Source: Amphiscolops sp. MND2022
Lineage: Eukaryota
Length of the DNA: 64,000 bases
NCBI GenBank assembly: GCA_964187785.1
Contig: OZ076412.1
Span: 72,602,001-72,666,000, forward strand
Direction: 5' to 3'
Shown here one piece after another: positions 32,289-46,400 of the stretch (its first letter is position 1; each line of letters begins with the position of its first letter). The notes below the pieces were generated by a model. That model saw only the letters and a program-made list of their open reading frames with translations, did not search any database and was not told where the DNA came from. The translations under genes were made by a program, and so were the position numbers.

Positions 32289-35200
32289 AATGTATATGAA
32301 AATATGTACACTATCTTCATTGAGTTATATGTGGTGGGAACAATGGTTGCAAATTCCTGAATTTTTCTGCTATGGTGAAAATTTCAACGTAATTGAAGCA
32401 AATAAATGAACGTTTCAAAGCTGTATTTATTTTTCATCCGACTGATGTTGTGTGTACTTACAGTGTTTGAAACTCTGAAGTAGTCTAATAGGCAGACTAG
32501 CTATAAAGCAAGACCAAAAACCTGAAATATACCGAGAAATTGAATTATTCGACCTATCAAAATTGAGTATAAACGAAAAAATAAATTGAGCAAACTATAG
32601 AAAAACAACAGAAATAAAAGATTTCTACAAATCCAGAACTTCCAACCCAGTTTATGTACAGAGAAAATTTTCCGCCTGAGTTTCCAGACAATTCATTTTC
32701 TCGTCCAAAGGTATTCCATATGCAGTGGTTCTGTTCCAAAAAATCTTGGAGTAATTAGTTGGAAAAACAATCTTTGAAAGTGCCACTATGTGGCCATTAA
32801 GTTCAAAGTGCCTGCCTCCTAAAACATTGATCTTCAAGAAAACATTTAGAGCTGTTGCTACACAAGATACAGTTATTACATAGAGTTGTGTGCTGTAAAC
32901 TACGTGCTAACTTTAGTTATCTGATCTTCAGTTTTAATTCAACTTTCTTACTACTTTCGTCAGTCTATCATATGGCGCAGTCAGCAACCTAATGGACACA
33001 CACGCAGACCCGAACACATCGGTACAATCGGCTCAAACAGCGGTGAACCAAATAACAATGAACCAGACAACCGCTGATCGATTGGAAAAAATAAATACAA
33101 AGTCCCGATTTTATCGGATAGAGATACAGACTTGACAAAAACAAACCCGCGAATGTGGTGGAAACAATTTTCAGAGTATACACACCTACGTATAACCGAT
33201 ATTTCGACGAAATAATGGATCAAGGTATCAACCAGATGGACCTACACACAGTATATCACATCAAGGGAGACGTAATCTGGGCACTGGGGCCAAAAGCCAA
33301 ACACGAAAGTATGAGAGGCCAGTGAGGCAGAGAACTGAAAGACGTTGACCCACCAGAGCTACAGAAACTATTCAAGAAAACGTTAAAAACAGCGAGAAAC
33401 GTATTCCACAGTCGAGCCCAAGTTTTCAACATCAAACAGGAAAATAACGAAACACTGAATGAGTATTGGAAACCGGGCATTAACCGGGTAGACTTCTACA
33501 AGGCAATACTAATGGTCCAGGGACAGCCAATAGAATTCATCATTGACATTGGCTCTCCTGTATCGATCATACCACCAAAAATTAATCCAATAGTAGTACG
33601 CAAGACCACAAAATGCTTTGTAGACGTGAATAAAAACAGAATGAAATTCAAAGGCGAAGCCATGGTGGAAATAGAAACGAAAAAAAGCAAGTCCTGCCAA
33701 TACTTATAACCGAAAATACAATCACACAACCATTGCTAGGTGTGGACTGGATCGACTACTTGAAAAAAGGGTTACGAGGAAACAAAAACACGAACATTAT
33801 CCGACATATCGAGACCGACGAAAGACGGGAGAAGATTATCAACGAATACGAAGATTCATTCAAAAACAATCAAACAATCGAAAATCTAACCATAAGTATT
33901 TAACTGAGAAGTGACTCAGAACCAATACAACAAAAAGGACGGCTAGTATCTATCCACGTTCAATAAAGGTCAGACAAGAACTGGAAAAATTGATTGAGAA
34001 AAGACACCTGGAAAAAGCAGACAAAACCACCGAAAACTGTTTTATCTCACCGGCCGTCATAACCATAAAGAAAAATGAATCGGTGAAAAAAGCACTCGAT
34101 TCGAGAAAACTAAATGTGGCCTGCGTAAAAAGAAAAACCGCAATGCCCAACATGGAAGAATTAATCAGTAAAAGATCAGCGGAGATTACTAAAAATGAGG
34201 GAGAAATTCGGATCTCAAAAAATGATTTGGATTATGCGTATGGACAGGCGAAATTATGCAAAGAAGCAGCACGACTTTGTGTATTCTGAAAGACTGGGGG
34301 TGACTTTACCGGCCACTATCGTTTCAAGAAAGGCTTCCACGGATTATCGGATATCACCAACCCTATTCAAAGAGCACATCGACAAGGTACAGGAATTTGA
34401 AACACCAGTTTGGCTAGACGATATCATCTGTGTAACCAATGAAACAACTGATGAACACGTGAAGTACTCACTAAATTGCAAAACGCCGTCTACAGAGCAA
34501 GTGAAAAGAAAACTGAGCTCTTCAACCAAGAACAAACTTGGAAGGGCTACCACATTAATCAAAGTGGAGTAAAGCCGATAAAAGACAAGACCGAAGCCAT
34601 CACGAAGTTGAATACCCAAAGAATGTTAAAGAACTAAAATCTTTCCAGGGCTCGATACAACACCTGTCAAAATTCATAAACAATCTTTCCAAGAAGACCG
34701 ATAGAATGAGAAAACTCCTGAAGCAGGCGATCCACTAAGAGTGGACACCCGAGATAAATGAAGATTTCGAGAACTTTAAGAACGAAAAAACAGAATCACC
34801 GTGCCTGGCTCACTTCGACCCGAAGATAGACAATTACGTAACAACCGATGCCTGCAACACTGGGTGGGGAGCAACACTGTGGCAGAAGGAAGGAGAAAAT
34901 TCTGACCAATTGCATTCCCTAGTAGATTTCTCACCGACTGTGAAAGAAGATACGCTTTTATTGAGCTAGAGATACTAGAAGCGTTAAGGGGGTTAGAATA
35001 TTTCAAATATTCCGTTTACGGAAAAAGGGTCAATCAATTAACTGACCACCGAGCGCTTCAGCCGTTGTCAAAAAAATAGGGGACATAAACTGTACAGTGC
35101 TAGATTAACACGGTGGTTGGACAGACTGAGCCATTTTGATGTAAATGTGCAGTATACGGCCGGCAAAAACATCCCGTTGGCGGATACTTAAGCGGACATC

Positions 35201-37144
35201 CAATCGTGAGTACCGTAGAGAACGAGACGGAAACTAGCGTTAGCGGACAACTCGAAACAGGGCCGAAGAGGATTTCGTGAAAAATCAAATACTCGGCCTA
35301 TTTGACCTCATTCAAACGAACGGAAGCATAAAGTGATTCACGGAACGAACCAAGCCGAGACCAAAAACTGACCAATCACATCACGCTACGCGTAAGCGTG
35401 AACAAAACCAGAACGTTCATTCGCGTGAAGCCTCAACGTCATCGAACGGTGTTATTAAGAATCTCACCGAACAAACCGCCAGAAATGGACAAAGTTAATG
35501 GCATTGATTTGCACTTCTTTATAAAAAGAGGGGCCACTTCCCGGAAACTCATTGACTCTGGACGGAAAGAAAGCGGATATTGAAGCCTGAGAAGACAAAA
35601 ATTGTTGGGAAATGAAGCAATAACAAGAGTATCGCCCCACACAACACGGCCGAAAACAAATTGTGGAGTTGAATTTACGGATTTACAACCGATTCTTCCA
35701 CTACTGCGAGACATTGGGGACAACCTCGTTAAAAGAGTACCAACAGAACAATCACGAATCTTGGCTGAGTTAGAATTTGTCAGACACCGAAAGCCAGGTC
35801 AGCAACGTAAAGCAGGAGAAATGTCCCACAAACGCCCTCGAAAACTTCCATCAACACGAAACAGTTAACTTGTTTCGATTGAAACAGACGATAAAAGCAA
35901 ATACAATGGACACAGAACTAAACGAACAGACGGAAGAAACGATTAGAAAAGCCGAAAGAGAGTTTGCTTTCGATTTACCATTGCTAGTGAAAAGGCAAGA
36001 GTCGTGAAGATACTTAATGCTATTACTGCCGTTGAAAAAAGTCAACTGGAATACATCTTCTACCCCTAACGCCCTCACTGAATTCATCTGACCACCAGGT
36101 TTGTATTCCTGTTCTACAACGACAAGATTATTATCCCGGAGACGATGCGGACAACAATCATAGCAATTCTTCATCAAGGACACCCCGCCGCGACAAAAAT
36201 GGACCAATCAGTCGAAAAATTCTGATGGACCGGCATGTATCGCGAGATACGGGAGAATGCGGAAAACTGTCCCAGTTGCAGATCCGCAGGTAAGAATCTC
36301 TGAACACAAATACCGTCCACGGATAAGAATAAGTTAGAAATTTAGTCTGAACCGGACCAAGAAATTCAGTTGGACTTTGCTGTTCCGATAAAATGAAGAC
36401 CCGCGGCGATGTATATATTTTAGTAGCTATCGACCGATTTAGTAAGTGGCCGACCGCGCAAATTTGTAAAAACACCGATACACGGACCGTTTTAAAATTT
36501 TAAACGAAATATTGTTCAGTCAACGGAACATAACTGAGTATTCGCATCGATAACAGAAGTTGTTTTAAAAGTAATGAATTCAAGGATTTCGGTAACGGAG
36601 AAAATATACAGCACATTAGATGCACACTGAATTTACACACCGGTACCGGCCAAGTTGAAAGAACAATACGAACAATTAAAAAGGTAACTAGAGCAAACAT
36701 GGCGGACGGATTAACATTTGAAGAAGGCGTACAGGTAGCAATTAAAACAATTAGACAGACTCCTCATAGTAAACTCAACATGACGCCATTCCAAATGCAT
36801 TTCAGACTAAAGCCATGCACGGCGATAACCAGTTTAATCGGGAAGCCGGAATGTCTCTTATCTAATTGGAAAAAGACATTTACCAATTATATTTCAGCAC
36901 AAACAACTGAATTGCAGATATTCACCATAAACGATTCCGGTGGCGAGATGGCTGATTATATGGTACTAAATGACTCGAAGAAAAGAGCTCGACCGTTAAG
37001 CCGGGAATTTAAACAATGTCAGTTTTTTGAAATGAAAATAAACCAAATGCGATGAAATGTAGATTCAAAACTAACAATATACTAACGGCCGTAAAAGAAA
37101 CAGACCATACCATAACCACGTCGAAAGGGAAAGTAATACATAAA

Positions 37145-37451
37145 CACAGAGGCGAAGCGGTGCTTCGCAACACATGACGAAGACATCGATTATTTTAAAG
37201 ATAGCTCTACGTTGTATATAAATAAATCGTATATATTCAATCGCATGCGTATATATTCAACAGTTCAACTTTTTTCAATAACGTCCCTATGGCACAGTGG
37301 TCAACGCTTATGCCGTGCAATCGGGAGGCTGCAGGTTCGAGTCTCTCTGAGGTTTTGGCTTTTCTCTAAAAGGTGCTCTTTATCAAGTTGACTTTTGTGG
37401 AAAAAAAACTTCCTTAGCTGGACTGCAATGCCCATTGACTTCGTCATGTGC
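37145..37451 (-). mobile_element. HINE/Helentron-like family A, copy 1, inserted in the Gypsy integrase tail
   Basis: 12-bp subterminal inverted repeats (CACATGACGAAG / CTTCGTCATGTG) and a terminal hairpin GCGAAGC-GGT-GCTTCGC. Inserted in an A-run without a TSD; removing it restores the Gypsy reading GKVIHKKLASKPIKF. Confidence 0.75.
37283..37354 (+). pseudogene. tRNA-derived sequence inside HINE family A (second copy at about 50540-50610)
   Basis: A-box TGGCACAGTGG and B-box GGTTCGAGTC at tRNA-like spacing. Cloverleaf stems pair poorly. Confidence 0.6.
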
Positions 37452-38779
37452 AAAAACTAGCCTCAAAACCGATAAAGTTTCCGCTCTCGAGAAAGCCAGA
37501 AGAACAGCGCAAGCCAACTAGCCGCTGCCGCCGATGCGGAAAATCGTTTAAAAACCATCCCATGTCCACTCACACGATTCTTAACTACTCCCTTCCTGAG
37601 GCTGAAGAAGGACAATCCCGAGAAAGCAACTTTGAGTGCCAACGTACCCTCTGGAAGCAAAGACTGGTTCCCCTAACCCGGGAAGGGGGAATGTGAAGAA
37701 GGTGCCACTATGTGGCCCTTAAGTTCAAAGTACCTGCCTCCTAAAACATTGATCTTCATAAAAATATTTAGAGCTGGTGCTACACAAGATACAGTTGTTA
37801 CATAGAATTGTATGCTGTAAACTACGTGCTAACTTTAATTATCTGATCTTCAGTTTCAATTCATTTTTCTTACTTACTACTTTCGTCAGTCTATCATACT
37901 CTTGTTCGCTCAGTTTTCTATGGAATGTTTCCGGAATGAAGTCTGGTCTGTAGGGTGACTTGATGTTCAAAAATCGTTTCAGTAGCCAGTTAGTTAGTTG
38001 CCAAAAAAACAAAAACCAAAAATCCTTACGATATTCTTTCGAGATCCGGGTGTTATGCTTTCGTTTTAGTATCTTTGAAAACTTCCAAACATTTATTGGA
38101 ATGTAAGCAATGCTGTACCGGACAATTGCTTGAAGACAATTTGCAGAAATGCGTTTCCCGAATGATTTCGAGAGAACCTATTTTTGAAACGTTTTCTTTA
38201 TATTCATTCCGAGTATTTTAATAAACTATCAGCATGTTTGGCAACCAGTTTGGTATCCATATATTGAATTGGAGTGAACTCTGCCCAAAAATCTTCATCA
38301 AAGTTGATAGTAAATTTGCCGCAATTTTCGATCCGAGTGGGAGCTGTCGATCGGTCTAAAATTAAGTCTTTGGTCTGATGCAAAAATCAGTTTTTGAGGC
38401 TTTGAAGTAGCGTTCAATGCCAATATCCACGAAATTCTGTTTTCACTGAGTCGATTTTTTGTGAAGGTAGATGAACCGCCATTTTTGACATCCTGCTTCT
38501 CATCTGATAAAATTGTCAACAAAAACTTCTCCGTACCAAGGAACAAACACAAAATAAAAAATGTAGGGTTATTTTTGACGCCTTGTAACTTTTTTTGATG
38601 AAAATTCCTTCATTCAGAAGAGTTTGGGGCCGAATTTGTTATAATGTAAACAACAAACTAGCGTCATCTCCAACGTCCTATTTGAGAAGTGGTAATTACA
38701 TTCGATGAGCAGTTGAGAAATCAAAGCGTGAAAACAACGGGATCCTATTGGGGGTACAGTGGCAATTATGCAGCATGTA

Positions 38780-40326
38780 AACTGTCTAAAACGTATGTGA
38801 AAAATCGAAAAAATCTTTTATTGTCACTTAGATTGAAAACCAGAAAAAATGATCTAAGTAGATTTTAAACGATGTTAGACGAGCTATATGTTCTAATTGT
38901 TTTCACCAAAGAAACTTTGATGTGACTTCCGGTTTCAGAGTTTTCAACTTCCGATCATGAAAATATTGTCTAAAACGTATGTGAAAAAAAAACGTTCAAC
39001 GTGAATTCCGACTCAACTACTCCAAATCCAACCAAATTTTTATTTTCAGAGAACTTTATTCAATCAAAATCTTCGGGGTCATCAAAAAATCAAGAGTATT
39101 TTATTCAAGATTCATCAAAATTATCAAGTTTATCAAGATTATTCAAGATTATCAAGAATGCCGAAGAGAGGACCCTTACTAACTGACATTGAAAAAGGGC
39201 GAATAACTGGGATGAGAGATTCAGAAAAGACCGTGACCGAAATATCGAAACAGTTGAAAAGGACATATAACTGCGTTAACATTTTTTCAAAGACAGATGG
39301 TGATTACAGACACGGAGGTGGACCCGCCAAAAAATTGTCAGAATCAATGAAAAGACATTTAGTACGACACATGAGTGGAGAAAGCCATGTTTCCCTACGG
39401 AAAATAGTCACACAGCTACACGTACCTGCAGAAAAAGACACAGTGAGGAGTTTTCTGAAAACCGAAGGCTATAAATACACTTCCCCAAAGAAATAACCAT
39501 CACTAACAGATGCAAATCAAAAGAGAAGAGCGGAATGGTCAAAAAATGTTCTCGAACAAATCACAGCTGGACAAATTAATATCGAAAATATCGCATTCAC
39601 AGACGAAAAACGTGTTTTACTGGATGGACCTGATGGATGTCGAAAGTATTGGCAATTGGAAGGAGAAGAGGAAAGGTGGTGTGGAAAAAATTTTTTTTGC
39701 TCGGGAGTTATGGTTTGGGCAGGCATTGGATCACGAGGAACAACAACAATACATTTTTGTGAAAAGAATGTCGACTCGCAGTTTTATCAGAGAATTCTCA
39801 GTGAGAATTATTTACCGTTCCATCAACAAGGATTCATTTTAATGCAAGATAATGCAACACCTCATATATCACAATCAACACTAAAGTTTCTGGAAGACAA
39901 AAATATCGACGTCCTGGAATGGGCACCTCACTCTCCAGACTGTAACCCCATTGAACGTATTGCGATAAAAAGAGTGTGGGAAGATCTGGAGATAGAACTG
40001 ATTCAAAAATCAGTCAGGAGCTTTCCAAAACGTCTCATTCAAGTAGTGGCGAATAGAGGAGGGCCAACTCGAACCTATTGAGTTAGTTTCGTACAATATT
40101 GTTTCTATTTTCGTGAAAATTGTTAAGTTTTCCATATTTTTCACATACGTTTTAGACAGCCCTGAACATCGAATTTGACCAAGAAAAGCAAGGAAATCAT
40201 TCAAGAACAGTGAAAATACTATCATATGGACTGCTTTACTGTTGATATATACCGTTGTTCTAATTTTTCTGTAATTCAGATTTTCTGGCCCAAAAACGTG
40301 TTTTTACATACGTTTTAGACAGAGTT
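38780..40326 (+). mobile_element. Tc1/Tc3-like DD34E transposon, defective
   Basis: TA flanks. The terminal motif CTGTCTAAAACGTATGTGAAAAA occurs at both ends and again about 165-190 bp inward on each side. Confidence 0.85.
39158..40081 (+). pseudogene. Tc3-like transposase with one premature stop (TAA at 39494) and a deletion after NPIE
   Basis: MPKRGPLLTDIEKGRI HTH start; FTDEK..DGPDG, QDNA and SPDCNPIE motifs, with 34 residues between D and E. The segments on either side of the stop are in the same frame. Confidence 0.9.
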
Positions 40327-40908
40327 TACAAAATTTCGGCAGTCTCGAGAAGAGTTTCTGTCGAAAGTATTTGTCCCATAAGCTGCTTTGAGGTTTATCT
40401 TGAAGAACAACTGAAGAAGTGGTTATGCGCTTCTGCTACGTTCGGCCTTCAGCGTTTCAGTTTCCGCCAAAAATCTGAATAATCACAACATGTGACTAAT
40501 TCCGCCACACAATCAATTCATGACTTCTTGCTTCCGAGAATTTTTCAAAACGCAAGTATCAGCTAAGAATTGATATTTTTGTTCCATTCGAATTTGAGTG
40601 AGATTAGTTTGCTTTCAGAGGTTGATGGCTTTTTTAACCATCATACTAGTGACAAAAATTGGGTGATAATGGTCCTATAAAATTAACTTCTTTGGAAGAG
40701 TCTTCAGTAACATCTTCAATAACGTCTACCTACCTCACAAGGTACAGTGAGAGTTAGCTTCGGATTGAGGAGCGATTTTCGCCTGAAACTACTGCAATGA
40801 TTGGAAACTACTCGACACTTGCTCAAGCGGTAGAGACAGTTGCCTGGCTCAGCTGAGCTGTGTTACGGGAGTAGTGTTCGAATACCGGGCTTTTGATATG
40901 AAAAAACA

Positions 40909-41290
40909 GGCCCCTGTGGGGTACAGTATCATTTCTGCTTTTAGAGTTTCATGTTCAATTATAGAACATATCTAGAATAACTTAACACTCCTGTTTAATC
41001 ATTATATAGCGCACAATCAATCACTGTACCAGTTCACACGCCTTTAATTCTTCTCGTACTAAAATAAATATAAATACTGAGCCTAGACAAAGTTTCGCAT
41101 CCGCATTTGAATGCAGGCGAAGCTCTCGGCGAACGAATACTTAACACTCACTCGCTTCAACTCAATAGTTCGGCGTACGAAAGCAGAAGTACGAACGTTC
41201 GTTCGCTTCATCTCATGAATTCAGCGTTGTAATGCATAATTACCACTCGTTCATTTCATTGCACGAGAAACGAATTGTCGTTAGCAGCTT
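40909..41290. repeat. Dispersed repeat family D (homolog at about 59649-59990)
   Basis: Both copies share a GGCCCC-N3-GGGG hairpin start, GCATTTGAATGCAGGCGAAGCTCTCGGCGAACGAA and CACGAGAAACGAATTGTCG. Confidence 0.75.
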
Positions 41291-43245
41291 AAGAAAGGTA
41301 AATCTCACGTTATTTCTCCTGGTTTTTTCGGCTCTGTGATTTTTCTCTAGTGTTTTTGATGTTCTCAACTAGGAAAGGAAAACGCCTTTTTCGATCCTAG
41401 AGGGTCACCACTTGGATGTTTTCGGAATTATTCATATTTTGACACTCCCTTTCAATTTTCCCAATGACTCGTTTAAAAACGCTTCAGGATAGAAGAGTTC
41501 TTTTTTGTTAAAAAATTGAAGCTGGAAGTTTTTTCGAAGCGTATTAAATTCTGTCGTGCCACTGCGCTTTTTGTAAAAGATATAAACCGAAGAGGACGCT
41601 TTTCCTTTTAAAAAGCACTGACTAGAAAGAGAAGAAAGCGCTTAGGTTCATCGAAGTATTGCCCTATCAACCCATCGAAATTTTGATTCCGAATCATCGG
41701 CAAGCCTCTCTCGTGATACAATTCATGCCGAACTTTTGGGTTCTATTTGCAAATACAAAGATTGCTTGAAAAGTAGGTGAAGTAACAAAAGTTGAATTTA
41801 AAGATATTGTACAAGTAACGATTCATATAGCCTCATTATTAATTGCAGAAACATCTGTGAATGAAACTTAACCAACAGACCCGATCCTTCCAAACAGTAG
41901 GTCGTCCCACAGCTCCGAAGAGACAGCGAGGGCCACTACTACCCTTAAGCTCATGTTTCTAATTCAAAAACGAACAAACAGCTGCTAAATGCGGGGGGGG
42001 GGGTGAGAAAACGAACAAGGCAAACGGGTAGGAATAGGAGATTGAGACAAAGGCGTGAAAAGATGGTTCGCGCATTCATTTTCATCATCATTCCATCCAT
42101 AAACTATCATCAATCCAAATATCAACTAAATTATGATTCATTTACATGCTAACAAAATGTATAAAATTATGTTATTCCTTCATCGATAGCCATTTATCAC
42201 AGTCGTTGTCCAACGTAAATGAGACGATTCACTTTTCTGCACTACTTGATATTCAAACTCAAGATTTTCTCACTCTAGCAATCATAAAAAAAGTTCTAAA
42301 TACACTATCTTATCAATTTCTGAAGCCCACATGAAAAAGTTGATCAGTGAAATTGGAATTACGGGAGTAAAATAGCTAGTGTGGAAAGTCTTGGAAACCG
42401 GTGTCATTGAATTTATACAAAAATTACAAACTTCAATCAGATGAAAGAGAAGCCGTTTAATACAACGAACGCAACTGGTGGGTGTACGAACCAGCTGAAC
42501 GGGGAGTGATGATAAAAGGGAGCAGAGTTACTACTAGATGAAGAAAGTTGGATAAACAAAAGAAGCGCATGTTCAAGCACAAATCTTGAGGGGGCGGCGG
42601 TGGATGCGCGAAGGAGAATTCAATTCAATAAATACCAGCTAAGGAGACAACTCTTTTGCAGTGAGTCCCATGACATGGGGTCAAGCGGTGGACGGCAGAG
42701 AGGGGGAAGGGGGTACGGTAATTCACCATCCACAAACAAAAGCATCAAGATCTTAATTGCATTATTAATTTTGGAGCAAAAGCATAACTACTAGAAAACT
42801 ACTAGTCTGAGATGAGTGTTTTGCCTGTCTGCACACAGTCGGTTTATGTTGCAAACGTTCGAAAGGTAGATGTTGAAATACGTGTGAAGCGAGATGACTC
42901 CAAGAGTCAAGCGGCAATGGGTGGGATTGGAGAGGAATATAATGTGAAAATTAAAAGCTCTTCTCTTTTATGAATGATAAATACAATTTATGACGACCAA
43001 GAAATTAGCGCAATCACCGAAATTCGAAATTATATAGTAAAAATTTAGAAGTCGTTTTAGGAGGCAAATGAACTAAATATTCATCCAATCAGGCAAAAGT
43101 TTCACTACTATTCACGTTGAGGAATAATCCGAGCAGTTTTCTGTTCTGTTACTTTTGTACTGTTCTAAGCCCTGACCTCGCCGCAGTAGATCAGGGTCAA
43201 GCAGAGGTCAAAGGTCATGTGAGTGTTGCAGTATATGTTGCAGTA

Positions 43246-43416
43246 CTACTTCTTGCTGGGTTTGAGAGTACTGGCCTTTTTGTCCTTCTTCTTGCCACTG
43301 TCCCCGGCTCCAGGGGCGTCTCCTCCGGAAGCAGAGGCCGGTCTGGGCATGGTGGAAGAGCCCCCCTTAGTGGGACACACTGTGCCAATGCTCTGCATCC
43401 ATGCATTCATGTCGTT
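43246..43416 (-). CDS. SPTBN1: Beta-spectrin terminal exon (end of PH domain, stop TAG)
   Basis: cAG|NDMNAWMQSIG...PSKK*; phase 0. Confidence 0.85.
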   Translation of the reverse strand, partial: NDMNAWMQSIGTVCPTKGGSSTMPRPASASGGDAPGAGDSGKKKDKKASTLKPSKK

Positions 43417-46400
43417 CTGAACAAACACCAGGGTTGGGAAAACATCCGATATTTATTCAATTATCAGAAATATCGGACAGTATTTCACTTCAAAAATGAA
43501 CTATTTTTATTTCAATCATTTTCTAAATGATTTTCTTGTTTAAATCACTCGATTTATTTAATGTCTCGAAAGAAAATAAAAGCCTTTTACAAATGGCCCA
43601 AGTACCACTATTGCCTTCTTTGCGAGATCGCCCGAATTTCTGTTGGTCTTCTGCCCATTTCTAACCGAAAAGACACTATATTTGTTAGTCTTGATATATA
43701 TCACCCATCCCTGACAAACAAAACAACGGCAATCAATTGTAGACAATTTTGACACCGCCAAGGGGCGATTTAGTTAGAGTTATCTACGCTCCTTTCCTGT
43801 CCTATTTAAAATTAGATGATTTAAATATACAATACTTCTTCGAATAGAAGTCGCCCCCGACTAGAAGCCGCATTAAGCCCGAAAATTTAATCTTAAAAGC
43901 ATTAGTTTACCGTATTTCTTATTACCCCCTGCGGCTGCTTGGGGGAGATGAGAAACATGTTAAGGTTAAATTGTTTTCATCTGCGTGATACAATGTGATG
44001 CAGAGATTTGACTCGCTATTTTTTTTCGTTAATCGCTAACTAACACTAATTACATATCGCTAATCGCTAACTTCGCTAATTCACAGTCGCTAATCGCTAA
44101 CGCTATTTAAATGCATAGTGAAAAGTTCAATTCACATTATAGTTAATAATGAGGAATTTTGATAACATTTCACTAGGAAGTCGAGATCGTTTTGGAGATA
44201 TACAAGTTTTTGGGATTAATCAGTACATGTAGAGACAATTTATAATATATATGTAATGTTTGATGCAAAATAAAGCGTTGTTTCAGAAAAGTGACCAATA
44301 GGAAACGCCATAGCTAAGCGGTCGCTAAATAATGTTTTACGCTAACTAATTTCCGCTAATGTAATAATTCCTCGCTAGCGCTAAAGCGGCGCTATTAGCG
44401 ACAAATCTCTGATGTGATGTGATGACTAACAGGGTCCTTGGCGAGGAAGAGACATTCGGCTCCGTTGTTGTTCTTCACTCTGAAGACGTTCTTCTTCTTG
44501 GTGTAGTCACTCGCGATGCTGCACTCTGCCGTGCTCAGGTCAATGGGCCCGTGACCCGACAGCTGGTGGTTTTGCTGAAACACCCACCAATCTACTTAAC
44601 ACCTCTCACAATGACACCAACCATGTCGTGTCCAAATGGTGAGCAATCGGCAGGAAAAATAAGTCGGGAACTGCAGAAGTCGGAAGCTCACTTAACGATT
44701 AAAAAGTTTGAGAGGGCGAGTAGTCAGGAACGAAGAAAAATATTGAAAGATTAAATTTTTGGCACGATTCTGAATGATCAAAAAATTAGCACATGCCTGG
44801 GATCGATTTCGAAACCTCATGTCTGGCAAGAGCCCGACCTTTAGTCAGATTCCATCACGGCTTTCTACCTATAGATCTTGAGTGCATTTCACCAATCTTA
44901 TTTTGGCTACTTGGTCAGGATTGCACAAAAAACATACAACCAAAAGCAACTACATTACTCGGAACACTTACTTATTTCACAACACTTACTAAATATTGAG
45001 CCTTATTGCTTTTCCGGTTTTCTGAAACTAACATACTTCACATTTATTAATCAATTTCAAAAATTAGAGAAAGCTCACGATGTTAGAAGCTTCGCTTCGA
45101 CAAAACCTTATCTACCAAAAATTGACACTACCTGGGTCCAGAAATATTTTTGATTCTTGAATTCGACGCAGAGTTTGCGACTCAATCTAAAATTTCGTTT
45201 TTCAAAAAAATGAATTTGGTTGAATACATTACATTTGAAATTATCGTACATTATCGTCTCAAAAGTTGGAAAAAGGGGAGTAGCGTGTGACTATGAAATC
45301 TATGACACTCCTTTTCGAGCGAGTAGGGACAGTTCTTGGCAAAAATTTAACTTTTTAAAGCCATGAATACGGGCAAGTCAATAGTTGGCAACAGGTGTTC
45401 AGTAAACAAATGAAATGTTAGATAGATTGAAACAATTTCGTTCGAGACTAGCTACGCCTAAAAAGTTGCACTTAGCATCTCATCCTAGATAAGTCAGAAA
45501 TGTAACTTGAACTTCCGTAACATTACTTCCACCAGAACTGATCGTGGTACTATCTACTTAGATTTATAACCCTAATTATAGCCCTAATTGATCCGGACAT
45601 TTTTGCCAATTTCGATTAAAATTTTTCAATCGTTATGGCTTTCATTTTGATTAAAGTGAGCTACTGTCGCCGCGCGCCCCATGCTTCAGAATTTTAGTTT
45701 CTTTTAAACTTCTAGTAACAACACACATTATCTGATTTTGTTGCACAAGGTCTTGTGAAACGATATGGGGCTGCCTTTCTTTATGGGTCAGGGACTTTTG
45801 ACAAAATTGAATTTTGCCAAAAAGGGAGTTTTTGAGAAATTGAATTTTTTGCAAAAAAAAAACATTTTCTCAATTTTGGAGAAAAAATCACTGCCGTTCA
45901 GACCAAACACGGTACCAACAAATTGTTAAATAAAAACAGCTAAAAATGGGCTGCGGGCAAAAGGAATTAGAAGTTGAAAAACGTTTGCTCCTTTTAAGAA
46001 CCGCTATTCTACTATTTAGGGTAAACAATGGAACTTCAAAAACACAGTCAGTATCATCGATCTGTGGGCCTGAGCTATGATGACAGTTGAGTGAAACTTT
46101 GCGGTACTACCTTGGATGCCTTTGCGTCCTTGAATGTAGAGAGGGTGGATCCCTTGAGGACCATGTGAACACTCTTCCAGCCCCTCTCCTTGGCCTGCAC
46201 TCCGCCTTCGTCGTGCTCCTTCTTCTTCTGCAGGGGGCCCTCCTTGATTACCACGTCATCTGCTGGGGGCTTGCTAGGTGTTGCTGCGGCGGCTAAAAAC
46301 ACATACACCATTCAGTCAGTATTGACACGAAAACTTAACACTAAAACATTGCAATCACAGCGAGATGCGCCCAATAGAATGTTTGAAGTTCTTCTGCGCA

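Larger units (their letters stand above)
32776..37898 (+). mobile_element. Decayed Ty3/Gypsy LTR retrotransposon
   Basis: ~200-bp LTRs at about 32776-32972 and 37692-37898, PBS TGGCGCAGTC (tRNA-Ser-like) and PPT GGGAAGGGGGAA. Broken gag, protease (FIIDIGSPVSII), RT (PVWLDDII), RNase H and integrase in Gypsy order, with many stops and a deletion in gag. Confidence 0.92.
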
